From contig NIVC01000812.1 in assembly GCA_002269645.1 (NCBI GenBank), positions 1 through 64,000 of the forward strand: a stretch of 64,000 bases of DNA. The letters are read 5' to 3'. The translations under genes and the position numbers were made by a program. Below the pieces are notes generated by a model. It did no database searches. It had not been told where the DNA came from and was given only the letters and a program-made list of their open reading frames with translations. Source of the DNA: Macrostomum lignano. Lineage: Eukaryota. Shown here in pieces: positions 9,022 to 22,100 of the stretch; the first letter of the stretch is position 1, and every line of letters begins with the position of its first letter.

Positions 9022-11405
9022 ATGGGCTTACTGGGCCTTGTCGTCTTTTTTCAGGTCGCCCCCTCGCTCTTCAGTGGCGCATTCGGTACGGAGTCCTCTG
9101 AAGTTTTTCTGGATCAGGCTGTGTTCGATGCGCTGAATTTCAGGACGGAGTACAACAAAGCCGTACGCCCGCCACCCGACAATGGGTCCGCAAACACAGT
9201 GCAGATATTTGCCTACCTGACCAGCTTGGCCAGAGTGGTGAGCAGGGGGGTGGGCCCCGCCACCTTGTCAGTTTTCATTGTTGATATTCGCAAGTGCAAG
9301 TGCTGACATTATATTAAACCACACTGAATCATGCTTAGTTTTTTGTTTCACAAGAGATTCATTGATCTGAGATCGAAGGGTCAACTCATTTACCCAAACA
9401 CGGTAATGTATCCAGCTGTTGCATCTTTTGCAGGACTCGGCGGCTCAAGAGGTTTCGCTTCGACTGTGGATAGTGCAGGTAAATTTTCTTGAGATTGGGT
9501 TCGTTTTAATCAACTCTTACACGATGCTGCAATATTTTAGAAATGGGTGGATCGACGCCTGTCGTGGTATGGCAAGCGGAACTCCAGTTTGAATAGCTTG
9601 GACTCCATCAGTTTGCCAGCTGAACTGGTGTGGCAGCCGGACCTTATAGTAAACAACGTGTAAGACAGCACTAACGCCATTTTTGTTTAATTGCGACTGT
9701 ACTCCATATGAACCATAAACTGGCCTGTGATATAATGAAGACTGCGGGACCGAAAACATCCCTTACGAGAACAGGACCTGTCCAAAGCGTTATGTGGGAG
9801 AGAAAGTAACGTTTACTTTCATGTTTAAGTGTAGTTGGAAATTTTGTACAGTAATATATTTTAAACACGGAAAACGAAAAAATAAGCTTGAATACCCCTA
9901 GCTCTGTATGCGCATGAGACTTCATTTTTACTCCCGTTACGTCGCACATGTATAAAAACTTTTATTTACTAGCTTTCTCTATTTTTCCTTTCCCTCTCAA
10001 CGTGCGCATTTGATAATAACAAATTCCAGTCTCGATATTAAGTTCCTGTCAACCGACAGTTCGCAGCTTTTGGTGCACAACAACGGATCAGTCATGAAAG
10101 CCTCTGACGTCAGCATCACTTTGAAGTGCCAGATGCTGATGTTCCGCTTTCCATTCGATACGCAGACCTGTAGAACTAGGATCTCGACCTGGATGCAAAT
10201 TCCAAAGAACTTGCGGCTTGTTGTTCAGCCAGTCACTCCAAGCGATGCTGTGGCCTCCTACATGTTCAGCAACAACGAGTACTGCGTGCTCAGCGCTGTC
10301 ATGGAAGCTGACCCGGTTTTTTTAACTACTACCGCAATCTTAGGCGTCACTTTTCAGGTGACTGGAATAATATTACAATTATTAATTCTTACCCGCACCG
10401 CAATCCGACGTCGGCCGACCTTCCCGACGTCTTTCAACGTCTATGACAGCCATGTACTTTTACAATACATCGAACAGATAACGACGTCCAAAATACGTCG
10501 GCTGAACGTCGTTGCAATGTTAAAGTTCATATTTGTCATAGACGTCGAAAAACGTCGGGAAATATCGACCGACGTCGGATTGCGGTACGGGTTATGACTA
10601 GAATTTTCGAACCTGGACTAGCTGGTAAATAAATTAATTTTTTAACAATCTTGCCGCAGCGGAGATCAACATTCTACGTGGTGAACCTGATGCTGCCCAG
10701 CGTGCTTCTCCTTGCCATCGCTGCGCTCGTCTTTCGCCTGCCGCCCGAGTGCGGCGAGCGAGTGTCGTTCAGCGTCACCATCTTGCTGTCAATGTGCGTG
10801 TTCCTGCAGCTGGCTGGCGACTACACGCCTGCTCAGAGCGAGTCCGTGCCGCTCATCAGTGAGTCCAATACACAAAGCTTCTTCGATTTCAGAAAAACTG
10901 CTGAAACCCCTCCCCCCAGCATCATTGGTTCTGATATATATGCTCTTCTATCTCAGATCGACACCTATTTTATCTCTTAGAGTTCCAATGCATCAATTTG
11001 TTTTAGAGTAACTAACTTGATGATTTCTCTCATTGCAGCTTGGTACTTCAGCGTGACGCTGCTAATGACAATTCTGAACGTGTTCTGCAACGCATTCGTG
11101 CTCAACTGCCAATTCGCAATGAAGAGCGGCGCTCCGGTGAACAATCGGCTCATCCGAGCTCTCTTCCTTAACAGATTCGTGAGAAGCTCGCAGCCGACAA
11201 TCGCCGAGGAGTCTCAGCTGCAATCTCATCAGTCAGTGGAGCTCAGGTAAAACAGAGGAGCAACGAATGGGCCGCCGTTTTATGCGCTGCTGACAGGCTA
11301 TTCTTTGCCGTGTCTGAAGTCTGCGCAGTGTGCATGGCGGTCAGTCTGGTCGCGACTCAGTTCCATACTAGCAACTCAGCCTGCTTGGGCCTCTACACTG
11401 TTTAG
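9022..11405 (+). CDS. Cys-loop ligand-gated ion channel subunit (nAChR/5-HT3-like, non-alpha, cation-type); exons 9022-9237, 9434-9478, 9541-9659, 10030-10357, 10660-10858, 11039-11405; -1 frameshift near 11247
   Basis: Signal peptide; YNKAVRP; WQPDL; Cys-loop CQMLMFRFPFDTQTC; TM1 FYVVNLMLPS; GERVSFSVTILLS; in the shifted frame EWAAVLCAADRLFF + TM4. About 424 aa after adding 1 nt. Confidence 0.9.
10392..10591. mobile_element. 200-bp MITE in LGIC intron 4
   Basis: ~57-bp imperfect TIRs (CCCGCACCGCAATCCGACGTCGG... / ...CCGACGTCGGATTGCGGTACGGG), flanked by TTA on both sides (10389-91, 10592-94). Confidence 0.85.
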
Positions 11406-11549
11406 AGGCTGTTCGGGGTTTCTCGCTACGTCATGATACTGACAATATAATTAATGGGGCATATATTAATGATTACTCACTACTTTACTGCATAATAAAC
11501 CAACTTTAAATGGTCTGTAAATGTTTTTGTTAAATGAATTTCAGCTATA

Positions 11550-13605
11550 TGATGGGTTCGGCCTTTTTAAGCCTATAGCTTCGGGCCTCAGAACTCAGAA
11601 ATGAATCACTTAGAACTCTGGCCTCTCACTCCTGTCAGATGGTCAGCCCCATGGTAGCTAGATTGTGGGCGAGCAACAAGGTCCTATAGCTAAGAGAAGA
11701 CAGCGAGAGACAAGCAGGGAGAATTTGAAAGGTAGAGATTAGCTAATCCGCAGATTAACTAACCCGCTGCCACCAGTCCGTGCGCCCCGGCTCACCAAAC
11801 CGGAACTATCGAAATCGGACTTCCGACTAGAGGGGCACTGCACTTACCTGCCATCTAGTGTCTTTTAGCTGTCTAAATCTCGAAGTCATAGCCGAATAGA
11901 AGGGACGCTGCTGGGACTAAGATCACATTGGCCATGCAGGGACAGAGAGGACTTTTGCAAGGGGTTCCTGCGCTGGCGAGCCTTCATACACAACTAAAAG
12001 TACTATTTCATTACCAAATTCCCAGAAGTACATGTATCAGTACACGTAACTGCACGCTTTTGGCACTAAATGTGTTAACACGTCGACAGATAGCGATGAT
12101 GTAGGTACATTGTTACTTTTGGAGATCTTTAGACTAACATTTAACTCGTTTTAGCCGCTTAGCTGCCTGAGACCGCGCGAAAGCACCAGTCTGGCACTTA
12201 ATTTGCATGCTTATCATGTTTTCTTAGATCGACTGATTGACTGGGAACTGTGTCGCTTCCGGTTCACTGTGACCCCTGCCTCTAGGTCTAGCCGCTCATC
12301 TCAGCTGGCATTGCGAAAAAGAAAGAAAACGTTAAGTCTTTAACTTCCAGGTTTAACTTTCTCACTTAATCCGCAATCCTAAACACTTTAAATTGAGTTA
12401 GAGCGAATGGCTACTTTTAATATTAACTGACACTTCTGCCTCGAGTTCGACACGCAAAAGCAAGTAAGCAAAAGTGCAAATCCTATCAGACTACCTAGGA
12501 AGGGGTCAGACAAAGGGCGCACCCAGTTTAGCAGGTCAAGAAAGCCTCTCACCCAACCAATCAGAGGACCTATCTGCCGGTGGCCAAGAAATCCACAGAG
12601 ACCGCAGCGCTCAGATGGGATGCTGCTGCTGATCTTAACTGACGAGTGCCGCCGTTACTCTTCACCTGCCGATTGCTGTTGCTGCCCTTTGTTCACGGCC
12701 GAGAAGTACTGGTGAAACCTCTCAAGGGGAACTTAGCTGGTGAAGCCGAAACTGCCGGGTGAAGGGGGATCAGACGTCGAAGACTCTGCAGAAGCCGAAG
12801 GGGATAAGGTCGGCAGGTCTGGCCAAGGCCAAGGTACATTAGGGATAATGACCCGGTAACCTCGAGTGCGGTTCGAGTTGCCGCCTTTTATAGCTCTCAC
12901 GCGGCCGATTTGTTATAACGCACGCCGAATTTTATGATTGGCTAAGAGCTTTTGTTAAAAAAGGCGCCGAATTTTCTGATTGGTCGAGCCAAGGGCAGTC
13001 AGGTCGACTCTGATTGGCTGAGCTCAAAACCCCAAAACCCACCCTGCCAGGTGGCCTTCAGACCCCAGGGAAGTTGACAGGTGCGGTCATAAATCATGAG
13101 CGAAACGCAATAAAAGTCCCTTGTCTAGACATCCTGGCGCCAAAAGTGACAGCAAAACGCCCATAAATCAAAGGAGAAAGTAACAGAGCGAGTGGGGAGA
13201 AAGCTGGAGAGACCTCTTTGACCCAGACAGGCTGGAGCCAAAAGTGACAGCTATGCCGCCATAAATCACTGAAAACAGTGAAAAAGCCACAAATCTGTGG
13301 GTCAGAATGGGGTTGAAAACATTCCTCCCAGACTTAGTGTCGCCTGTCTAGACTGTTAGAGGTCAATCCGTCTCAAACCCAGACAGTCTGACCTTCAAAG
13401 ATGCGTAAACAATCCAAAATTAGAATCCTAAGAGAAGTACATTGAGTATCTAAGATAATTAATAGTAATGTTATACATTAGTATAGAACTTTGCCTAGGT
13501 GAGAGAACGGAGAGAAATTCCCAAACTAGCCTACTGACAGTAGGGGAAAAGCGCATCGAAGCAAAAAGTGCAGTTCTAAGATTGAAAAAAGGTGCGTCCT
13601 CATCA
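11550..13605 (-). mobile_element. Solo LTR (Ty3/gypsy-like), 2056 bp
   Basis: Ends TGATG (11550) ... CATCA (13605); TATA target duplication (11546-49, 13606-09); minus-strand CTATAAAA (12886-93) preceded by three CCAATC boxes (~12936, 12979, 13011); same layout as 40618-42861. Confidence 0.7.
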
Positions 13606-14889
13606 TATAGGATTTTATTACGTAAGGGGTGGCTAGTACAAAACACTTGGTGGGGAAATAGTCAGCCAGAAGCACAATGTCGAATCTCTTTGCAAAAGAT
13701 CGAATCGGAAAGACGGGAAAGCAAAGGTTATAATAAATTGTTTTTAATTTTGACTTAATTTCCACTAGAAATCCAAGTAGCAGTCACAATTTTAAAAGGT
13801 GGTCCTGTTGTGCGGTAAGCGATTGCTTATACGCACATATTGTTTCAATGACAGCCCTACCAGTGCTGCGCCAACCTTAGAGCAACGAGGGTTAATATAT
13901 ATATTAAGGTCTATATATAATTCGATATATATATTACAATCTGATTGTTCACACCGTTTTAAATGTTGTAAACTGAGTTAGAGAATATCTTATATGCATA
14001 CATGTGATTTTTATGGGCATGTTAACAAAATACGATAAAAACAGTTGTTGCGTTTCTCACAGCTTTTTATTTTCATCTTCAGCGGCAGATGTGTGTTCGT
14101 TTTACAGTTCCAGTCTCGCTGAGAAGTCGCCTTTCAACATTTTTTAAGCTTTATACACGTTTGACGCGAGTCGTCTAAAATACGTCACTTTTCTTTAAAC
14201 TATGATAAAACGTAAAACTTCATATTTATATACTCGCGATTTCTATCAAGCTTGAAGGGTAAAAACTTCCGGCTTTGAAATAAAAATACGTATTATAACA
14301 GGTTTTACGCTTCATTTATAGTGTATTTATAAGGTAAATAATAGTTGCTTTTAACAGTTTATTTAAAAAAATGTTTCCTGTTGAAGCTAGAATTTTACTT
14401 GCACGTCGCACGAAAAGAATCACACGAAGCTAAAGTTGGTCACTTTGTTTCAAAGGGTTTCTTTGAAATTCGTTTTAAGACAAGCAGGGCTTCAGAGAAC
14501 AAATATCCACAACCCAAGGATTACCTTGCACGTCTTACTCTCGACTGTACAATTGTAATATTATCCAGCGATTTTTTATATTTACAATTGAAGCATTGCA
14601 CTCAAGAATTCTGCAGAAAAAACGAGAAGCTGTTCAATTGAATCAAAATTGATTGTGTTTAAAACTTTATTTATTTATGCCTTAACTTAAGCCTAAACTA
14701 AATGATTAGATAGGCATAGTTCTATTGTATTGATACTTACTGACTACTGTGATAGCCCTAGGGCTAGGCTTAAAGTCACTTAAGTAGTATTCAATTCTTT
14801 CTTCGTCACTCGCGATCCTTTGGTTTCCCACTCTTAATTATTTAAACCCCTTTTTGAACTTTTTAGAGTCTAACAAGCTCACAGAGTTC

Positions 14890-15100
14890 TACACGGTAGT
14901 AGTGTCTTATCCAGTAGAGGATATTGCTGAAGTGTTATGGGAAAAAGCTTGTCGCCACATGAACTCCTGCAGGTACGAGGTATGTTTTGAATAACTTGTT
15001 GCTGGTTCCATGCAAAGCTTGGAACGTGGCTTTGCAGTAGCCCCACATTCCCTCTATAGTATTTGTGTGAGCCGCTAGGTTGTTGGGGACTTCAGCTACA
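14890..15100 (-). mobile_element. Degenerate Merlin (IS1595/IS1016-like) transposase C-terminal fragment
   Basis: Frame-corrected AAHTNTIEGMWGYCKATFQALHGTSNKLFKTY/YLQEFMWRQAF.../FSNILYWIRHYY matches the family pattern HTNtIEgxWxxxK...HG.S...YL.EF.WR. Two frameshifts. Confidence 0.65.
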
Positions 15101-18100
15101 GGGACAATAGATTGTGGTTGTGGCATTGGAAGTTGGCTAGCCATACTGGCTGGCAATAGCAAAAAAGTCCAAAAAAGAGATTTAAATAATTTAGAGCAAG
15201 AAACCAAAGGCAAAGGATTGCCTAAAATTAAGAAATAATTTGTTCAATATTTAAATTTTTATGGTAATACTAGGCCTAATATAATAGAACAGATAGTGAC
15301 AACTGACAACTAGGCTAGGCCTATACTCTAGATCTTGTAGTATATGCCCAAAAATTTGGGCGTGTATTGGCCTTGCATGCCAAAAGTAGGTATGTACAGC
15401 TGGCATACACCACTCCTAAGAAAATATTATGTGTGCATACCTGGCATGCACTTCATAGGCCTAATCATAGAATCACATGAGAGTTGTTGTAAAGTAGAAA
15501 AAATATGAAAAAAAGTTCATTTTAAAGTGTAAATTTCAAGCTTTCTAGTTTTTTTAAGCTTATAAAAAAGCATTTAAACAAATCTTTGCATGTAGGCCCT
15601 ATGCATTTTCAATTATGAATATGCTTAGTATAATCAAAAAAGCAGAAAAATTAACCTAATTAAATTTTTCTTAAAAAAGGGTCTATAATGCAATTTAAAA
15701 AAGTTTTTAATTGTTGTGATATAAAAAATGTCATTTATTATTGCAAAACTAGCATAGTTTTGAGAATGGGCATACATTCATTTTTTCAGAGTGCATTTGT
15801 AATTATTTAATTTTTGTTTAGGTGTATACCTAGTATGATCCGGATTATAGGGCTAGGCCTAGGCTATATAGGACAAATGATTTGGCAATAGACAAAGTAG
15901 TGACAGATTATCTTGGCCTAGGCCTAGTGACAGCTTTGTTTAGGATTTAGGTTTACGACTTTAGGATTGCATTTAATCCCTACTATAGCCAAGTTTAAAC
16001 TGTGCTAGATATCTCCTTTCTTGTATTAAACTACATTAATATGCTAGACTATATACTTGCATCTATGGCAATGTTGCAGTTTGTTTCGCATAATTATTTT
16101 TACTTTTGAATATACACCAATTTCATGAACAATCAAACAAGTGAACATTAATAGGACTATAACATCGCTCCTTAATCACTGAATCCTCAAAAGTTGCTCA
16201 AAACAAGTCTTAAAACTAAATCTAAATCCTCGTAGGGGATAATAATGGGCAATCCAATACAGTACTGTACCAAAGATTAGCCAGCAGGTGGAACTTATCT
16301 AGCCAACAAATGATTGATACTGTGTCGTGAGTCACATCATACATGTAGCGCAAAGGGAATGTGCTATCTATCAGATTCAGTAGCTCAGCAGCAGGTACAA
16401 CCTTAGCAGGTGGGATTATAAATGATTGTGCAGCTGGACATCCTGCCATGACTTGCAAAATATTGTATATCTTAAGCAATTCTAGGTTGGGAAATCTTGA
16501 GCAGTGTAAAAGATTGCTGCCTTCACCCCTCACTAAAACTTGCCCAAAAGTGTCTATGGCCTTTTAGGATGATGTGGCATGATAAGTCAACACAAATTTA
16601 AACCCTCCGTGACACGTTGGCACATATTCAAAAGTAAAAATAATTACACGAAAAAACTGCAACATTGCCACATCTACATAGCTGCACTATTGAGGACCAA
16701 TCTATGCTAGATACTATTTGCAATAATGGCCATAATGATCTTCATAAAACATTTGCTTAACTCCATAATCTAGATCACACTTAGTTTATGCTAGAATGCT
16801 TTGAACTAATGCATTTTTATCAATATAAGCTTTGATGAAAACAAATCTAACATTATAGTCTATATGTATACATTTTTTATATGTTTTTTAATAAGATATT
16901 TTTTTCAAAAAAATTTCATATATTACTTTAATGTCAATCTATCATTTGCTATATACCATGCCATAATGCCTACCTAGCCCAATCATCTAACAATTTCTCT
17001 TGGCACAATTCCAGATTTTCATCTGGTTTATAATATAAAATGTCTATTTAAAATGCTAGACAAAAGCTGGATGAATTGTTAACATTCTGGATGAAAGTGT
17101 GGATTTTAAGTACTTTCATCTGGGTCTAGATCCTAGGGTACATCTAGAAAATTCTCTGGTTTCCCTCTGGTTTTTAGCAAATATATGTGGATGACAAACC
17201 AGATCAAACCCAGATCGGCAGTGCAAGATGAAATACTGGGTGAATATCTAGATAAAAAGCCAGATCTCTATAGATACAGAGATAGATTTGGTAGTATAAA
17301 ATTGATAATTAATAAGAGATAAAGAATGGAAAACACATAACACAGCCTGGTGCAGTTATTCCAGCTTCAGAATTCATGCCTTGCAAATATATAAATATAT
17401 TCGATATCCATGCATCCATTCCATATATTTTGTTTTCCATACATTCCATAAACCACTATAGATCACTAATAGTACATATTGGGGGCTTCACCACAGATTG
17501 AGATAAACCACCTTATAGACTAACACTACAGATTAAGGGCTCCACCTTGGACACCAAAGGGGGCCACAAAATTTTACTTTTTAGTTAACTTTAAATTCTT
17601 TATGTTACTAATCACAAACTAATAGGTTCAGCGTGTCGTTAGTCCCATCTAGCTCCAATATGTCAACAACCTGCTTGGATGCATCTACCTGGTGTGCTTT
17701 GGCTTCTGACCCTGACCAGGTATATGCCAAGGATTACCTGAGGGGATCACTATATGATGGGGTCATCTTCAATCAGTTTTCTTTTGGAGGCTCCTTCTAT
17801 AATCCCCATGACTATTTAGAATATAAAATCTGCTTTACATAAACCAAACTGACTCAAAACTATAGGGAGGATATAAGTAAAATTTAATCCAGTATTTGAT
17901 CTGGTTAGATCCATCTCAAACAGTGGAGAAATGAGTGGATGAAATACTAGATCAATTTCTGGACAAAAAACTACTCTTGTCTGGAGGTTTCCAGATTTTT
18001 TTCCAGTTTTTATCTAATTTTTGTTAGAAAATCAACTGAATAAATTTTCAGGTGAAAACCAGATGAGAGATGTTTGCAAAAAACTTTTATCTGGTTTTGG

Positions 18101-19056
18101 TCCAGAGGATCCTTTGAATTTTGATTTGGATTGTACAACCAGATAAAATCCAGATAAAATTTAGCTTGATCTAGAAAAACTGCTAAAACTGGACAATACT
18201 GGACCAAATCCGGATGAAAACCTAGTGTTTAGGCCAGGCAGGTATATTTTCAAGAGCAATTGTGCGCAATAACAAGCTACTAAAGCAAAAAGATATATAT
18301 TTTATTAAGCATTTTTATGCAATTAACATATCATTTAAATACAAAGTCATAAATTTCTATTTTATTAAAAAACAAATTATGGTTATATACACAGAGTTAT
18401 CATATTAGAATGACTAGATAGATAATTTAATTTGATATGGCATTTTATTAATATGAGGGATGGCTAAGAAAAACAACCCTTGGGTATGGAAACATTCCAG
18501 AGTAGAAGTGGATGGGCTAGGAGTTTTACTAATACTTATCTAGCCCTACAACAAGTTGGAGTAGCAGATGATGAGGCTGCAAGCAGATAGCCACTTGGCA
18601 ACAGCAAAGAGGTGAACACAGGTCTAGAGGGCATATAAACACTTCACAGACCTGAGTGAAGACTTTGATAGGTGAAAAAAATTTGAAACAATAAAAATCA
18701 ATAGCAAGCAAATACTTTTATACTTTATCTTTATCTTTGCCTTGCAGGCTCTGTGTTCATACATTGCTTGAATTTGACAATTGAATAAGACTTTGAAGTC
18801 TTAGATGGTCTTGAAAAACCCAAGAAGCGCTATAATTGTAAAATTATTGATAAATATGGATTACAGAATATTTGGCTCTTTTGTTAGTGGCATCTGGCTT
18901 AGAAAAATATAGGTGTTAAATGACACACACTGTGTTACAAAAATCACAATGTATTGCTTCCATACATTATTGTACATAATCGGTGCATCTATTTTACTGC
19001 TAGTTGCTTTCAGTCTGATTGACCAATTTGTGCACTAATTTCTGCAGCGGGCCAAC

Positions 19057-19151
19057 ATGTATCCGCATCATCCGCAAATGCACCAGGGCCCGCCGCCGGG
19101 TCCACATGCTATGACAATGTCTATGTCGCCCCAGCAGCAGTTGCAGCTTCA

Positions 19152-19183
<32 letters not shown>

Positions 19184-22100
19184 AGCAGCAGATGATGATG
19201 CTGCAGCCTCCAGTCCGGCAGGACATGATACCGCTGGCCCGGGTCATCGAGTTCACCTGCCAGAAAGCCTACACCGATCTGAACCTGTTGAGCGAACTGC
19301 TGCACAGCAAGAATGACATGGAGAGAAAGATTGAATTGGTGAAGTACCTGAGCCGGGTGCGCTACACCCTCATCCGCCTGCTGGCCCTGGTGAAGTGGGC
19401 CAGCGGGGCCGGCAGGGTGGACCAGTGCGACCAGATCATCGCCTACTTGGAGGAGCAGAGCGGCCTGATGTTCGGCACTGCCAACTGGCTCATGGAGCTC
19501 GCCAAGGGCGCCCTGACCAGCGCCCGCCTGCCGCCCTTCGCCACCATCATGGCCGTGGACGTGTTCACCCAGCACACCTACACCAGGCTGCCGGCCTGCG
19601 TTAAACGCCTGGCTGGCATCCCGCCGGCGCCAATCAAACCCTGGGAGCAGCGCGAGTGCCTGGAGCAGCTGGATTGCCTCATCTTGTATCGGTTAACTAT
19701 TACCGAGATTCCCACGGCTATGCGGCAGATTAAGGTACTGCAGTGACCTTCCAATGACCTTCGAATGGTCCAAGTTAACTTTTTTAGTTTAACATGTCAT
19801 TTTCACCTGTCCCGCAGGTGTACAACGGCCGGGCAGTGCTGACTGTGCCGCACGAGTTCTCCGTCTCGCTGACGCTGATGTCCGACTCGCTTAGCAACCC
19901 GTGGCGCATTCTCAACATCAAGTGTCTGCTGCGCGACCTGCACACTGGCCGAGGCAAGCCGCTGGTGCATCCCCTGCAGATGCAGTGGCTTCATCAGCGC
20001 TGCCAGGACCGCATCATCAGCAAGGACTTCGACCCCAGGCCGCCTCTGGTGCACCTGTACGACATGCTGCATTCGTTCTGCACGTTCCTGCAGCTCGACC
20101 TGCTGTACGAGCAGGCCTGCCGATTGATTCGCCTGCGATTCGGCGACCTGCTAGCGGTTGAAAAGTACACGGCCGGCAGTTCGCTGCAGTTGGTCTACTG
20201 GCGCGACCTGCGCCGGCCCGCGACCGCCGGCTACCGGGTGCGCGGGCACGGCCTCCGCCTGCACACCGATCCCCTTGATGCCAGGCGGCCCATCTGCGTC
20301 ACCCACTTCCCTGACCTGCCGGACAGGTGAGAATGGGCTGTCTGGACACCCATCTTCAGAACTGACTACAGTGTGTCAACACTGACCTGTCAGTGTGACA
20401 ATTCTGACCTGTCAGTGTGACAATTCTGACCTGTCAGTGTGACAATTCTGACCTGTCAGTGTGACAATTCTGACCTGTCAGTGTGACAATTCTGACCTGT
20501 CAGTGTGACAATTCTGACCTGTCAGTGTGACGATTCTGACCTGTCAGTGTGAAAATTCTGACCTGTCAGTGTGACAATTCTGACCTGTCAGTGTGACAAT
20601 CAAAAGACAGGCAGTCACTCACTGCTGAAGCCAATGCTCTCCCCACCCACAACCAATACAGCGACGCCACCTCCATCGGCCGCTGCATCCGTTCAGACGA
20701 GCTGTCGCTGGAGCGCCTCCTAGACCGGACCATCCAGTGCCGGTGCCGCGACCTGCTGTACCGCGCCTACAAACTGCTCGCCCTGCTGGTGGCCGAGCCG
20801 CCCGCGAGATCGGCCGAGTCGCTCACCCTCAGCCTGCTGCAGCCGGCCGCCACTCACGAGCGCCTGTCAATCGGCGTCAACGCCTATCGCGGCCTCTACT
20901 CTGTCCGGCTGCCCGCGTCCGGGGGCCGGCCATGTCCGCACGTGGCCGAGCTGGAGGACCGTCTCAACGAAGATCAGCCGTCCCTTCGCCGGGTCGCCCT
21001 GGCTTTAGCCGGCCTCCGTGCTTGGCTTCTCTGCCGCCGCGTCCGCGCCCTGTTCCCCGATCGCCGGGTCGCCTCCAGCCTGCCGACCGCCAAGCCGCTG
21101 CCGTCCGCCCTGGCCAGCGTAATCGGGCCGGCACAGCACGCCTGCTTTGTGCAGCTGCACCGCTACCAGAACAACTACCTGGCCCTGGTGCCCACTGGCG
21201 GCCTCAATCCCAGCTTTGCCTGCTTCTACGTGACCGGCTCCGCCCATGCTGGCTACTATATCCGGCCGGCCAAGATCTGTCCGATGCGGCCGCCAGACTT
21301 GTCGCTGCCTAGCCGGACAGATCCGTCCGCCTCGGATCCGCTGGCCGTCCTGGCCCGCCGCCGACGGACAAAGCTGCTCAGCGCGCCGCGGCCGGACCAG
21401 TTCAGCCTGCTGCGAGCCGCCTGGCTTACGGACTATGTGGATTTGATCGAAGAGGACCACCTGCTGCACCAAGTGATGTGCGAGCTGGCCAGATCCGGCC
21501 TGCCTCACAGGGAGTTCGCGCCGGACTCGACTGGGATGAGCGCGCTCACGTTGCACAGGTGGGGCGTCTGCTGTTGGATCATCATAATATTGTTATCAAG
21601 GCCTGAGACGGGTTCCGAGAGCCTGAGAGAGTGTTAAATATGCAGAACGGTTAAGGAAGCCGGAGAAGGAATTAGGGAAGTCAGGGAGGGAATTAAGGAA
21701 GCCAGAGGGAATTAGGGAAGCCAGAGAGGGAATTAAGGAAGCCAGAGGGAATTAGGGAAGCCAGAGAGGGAATTGGGGAAGGCTGAGGGGAATTAGGGAA
21801 GCCAGAGAGGGAATTAGGGTAGCCAGAGAGAAATTGGGGGAGCCAGAGAGGAAAATGGGAAGTCAGAGAGGGAATTGGGGAAGGCTGAGGGGAATTAGGG
21901 AAGCCAGAGAGGGAATTAGGGTAGCCAGAGAGAAATTGGGGGAGCCAGAGAGGAAAATGGGAAGTCAGAGAGGGAATTGGGGAAGGCTGAGGGGAATTAG
22001 GTAAGCCAGAGGGAATTAAGGAAGCCAGAGGTAACTAAGGAAGCCAGAGAGGGAATTAGGGTAGCCAGAGAGGGAATTAGGGAAGCCAGAGAGGGAATTG

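Noticed and set aside
11246-11255. 9-nt micro-intron GTAAAACAG rescuing the LGIC frame
   Set aside because: Removing it does not restore the TM4 frame, and it is too short for splicing.
13109-13150. AATAAA...GACA-TCC-TGGCGCC as a + strand LTR end and primer-binding site
   Set aside because: It lies inside the TSD-bounded element whose promoter is on the minus strand, and the motif recurs as an internal direct repeat at ~13233.
15340-15835. Possible Merlin TIRs or a MITE (GGTATAC-like ends)
   Set aside because: Inverted similarity is too weak and no target-site duplication was found by eye.
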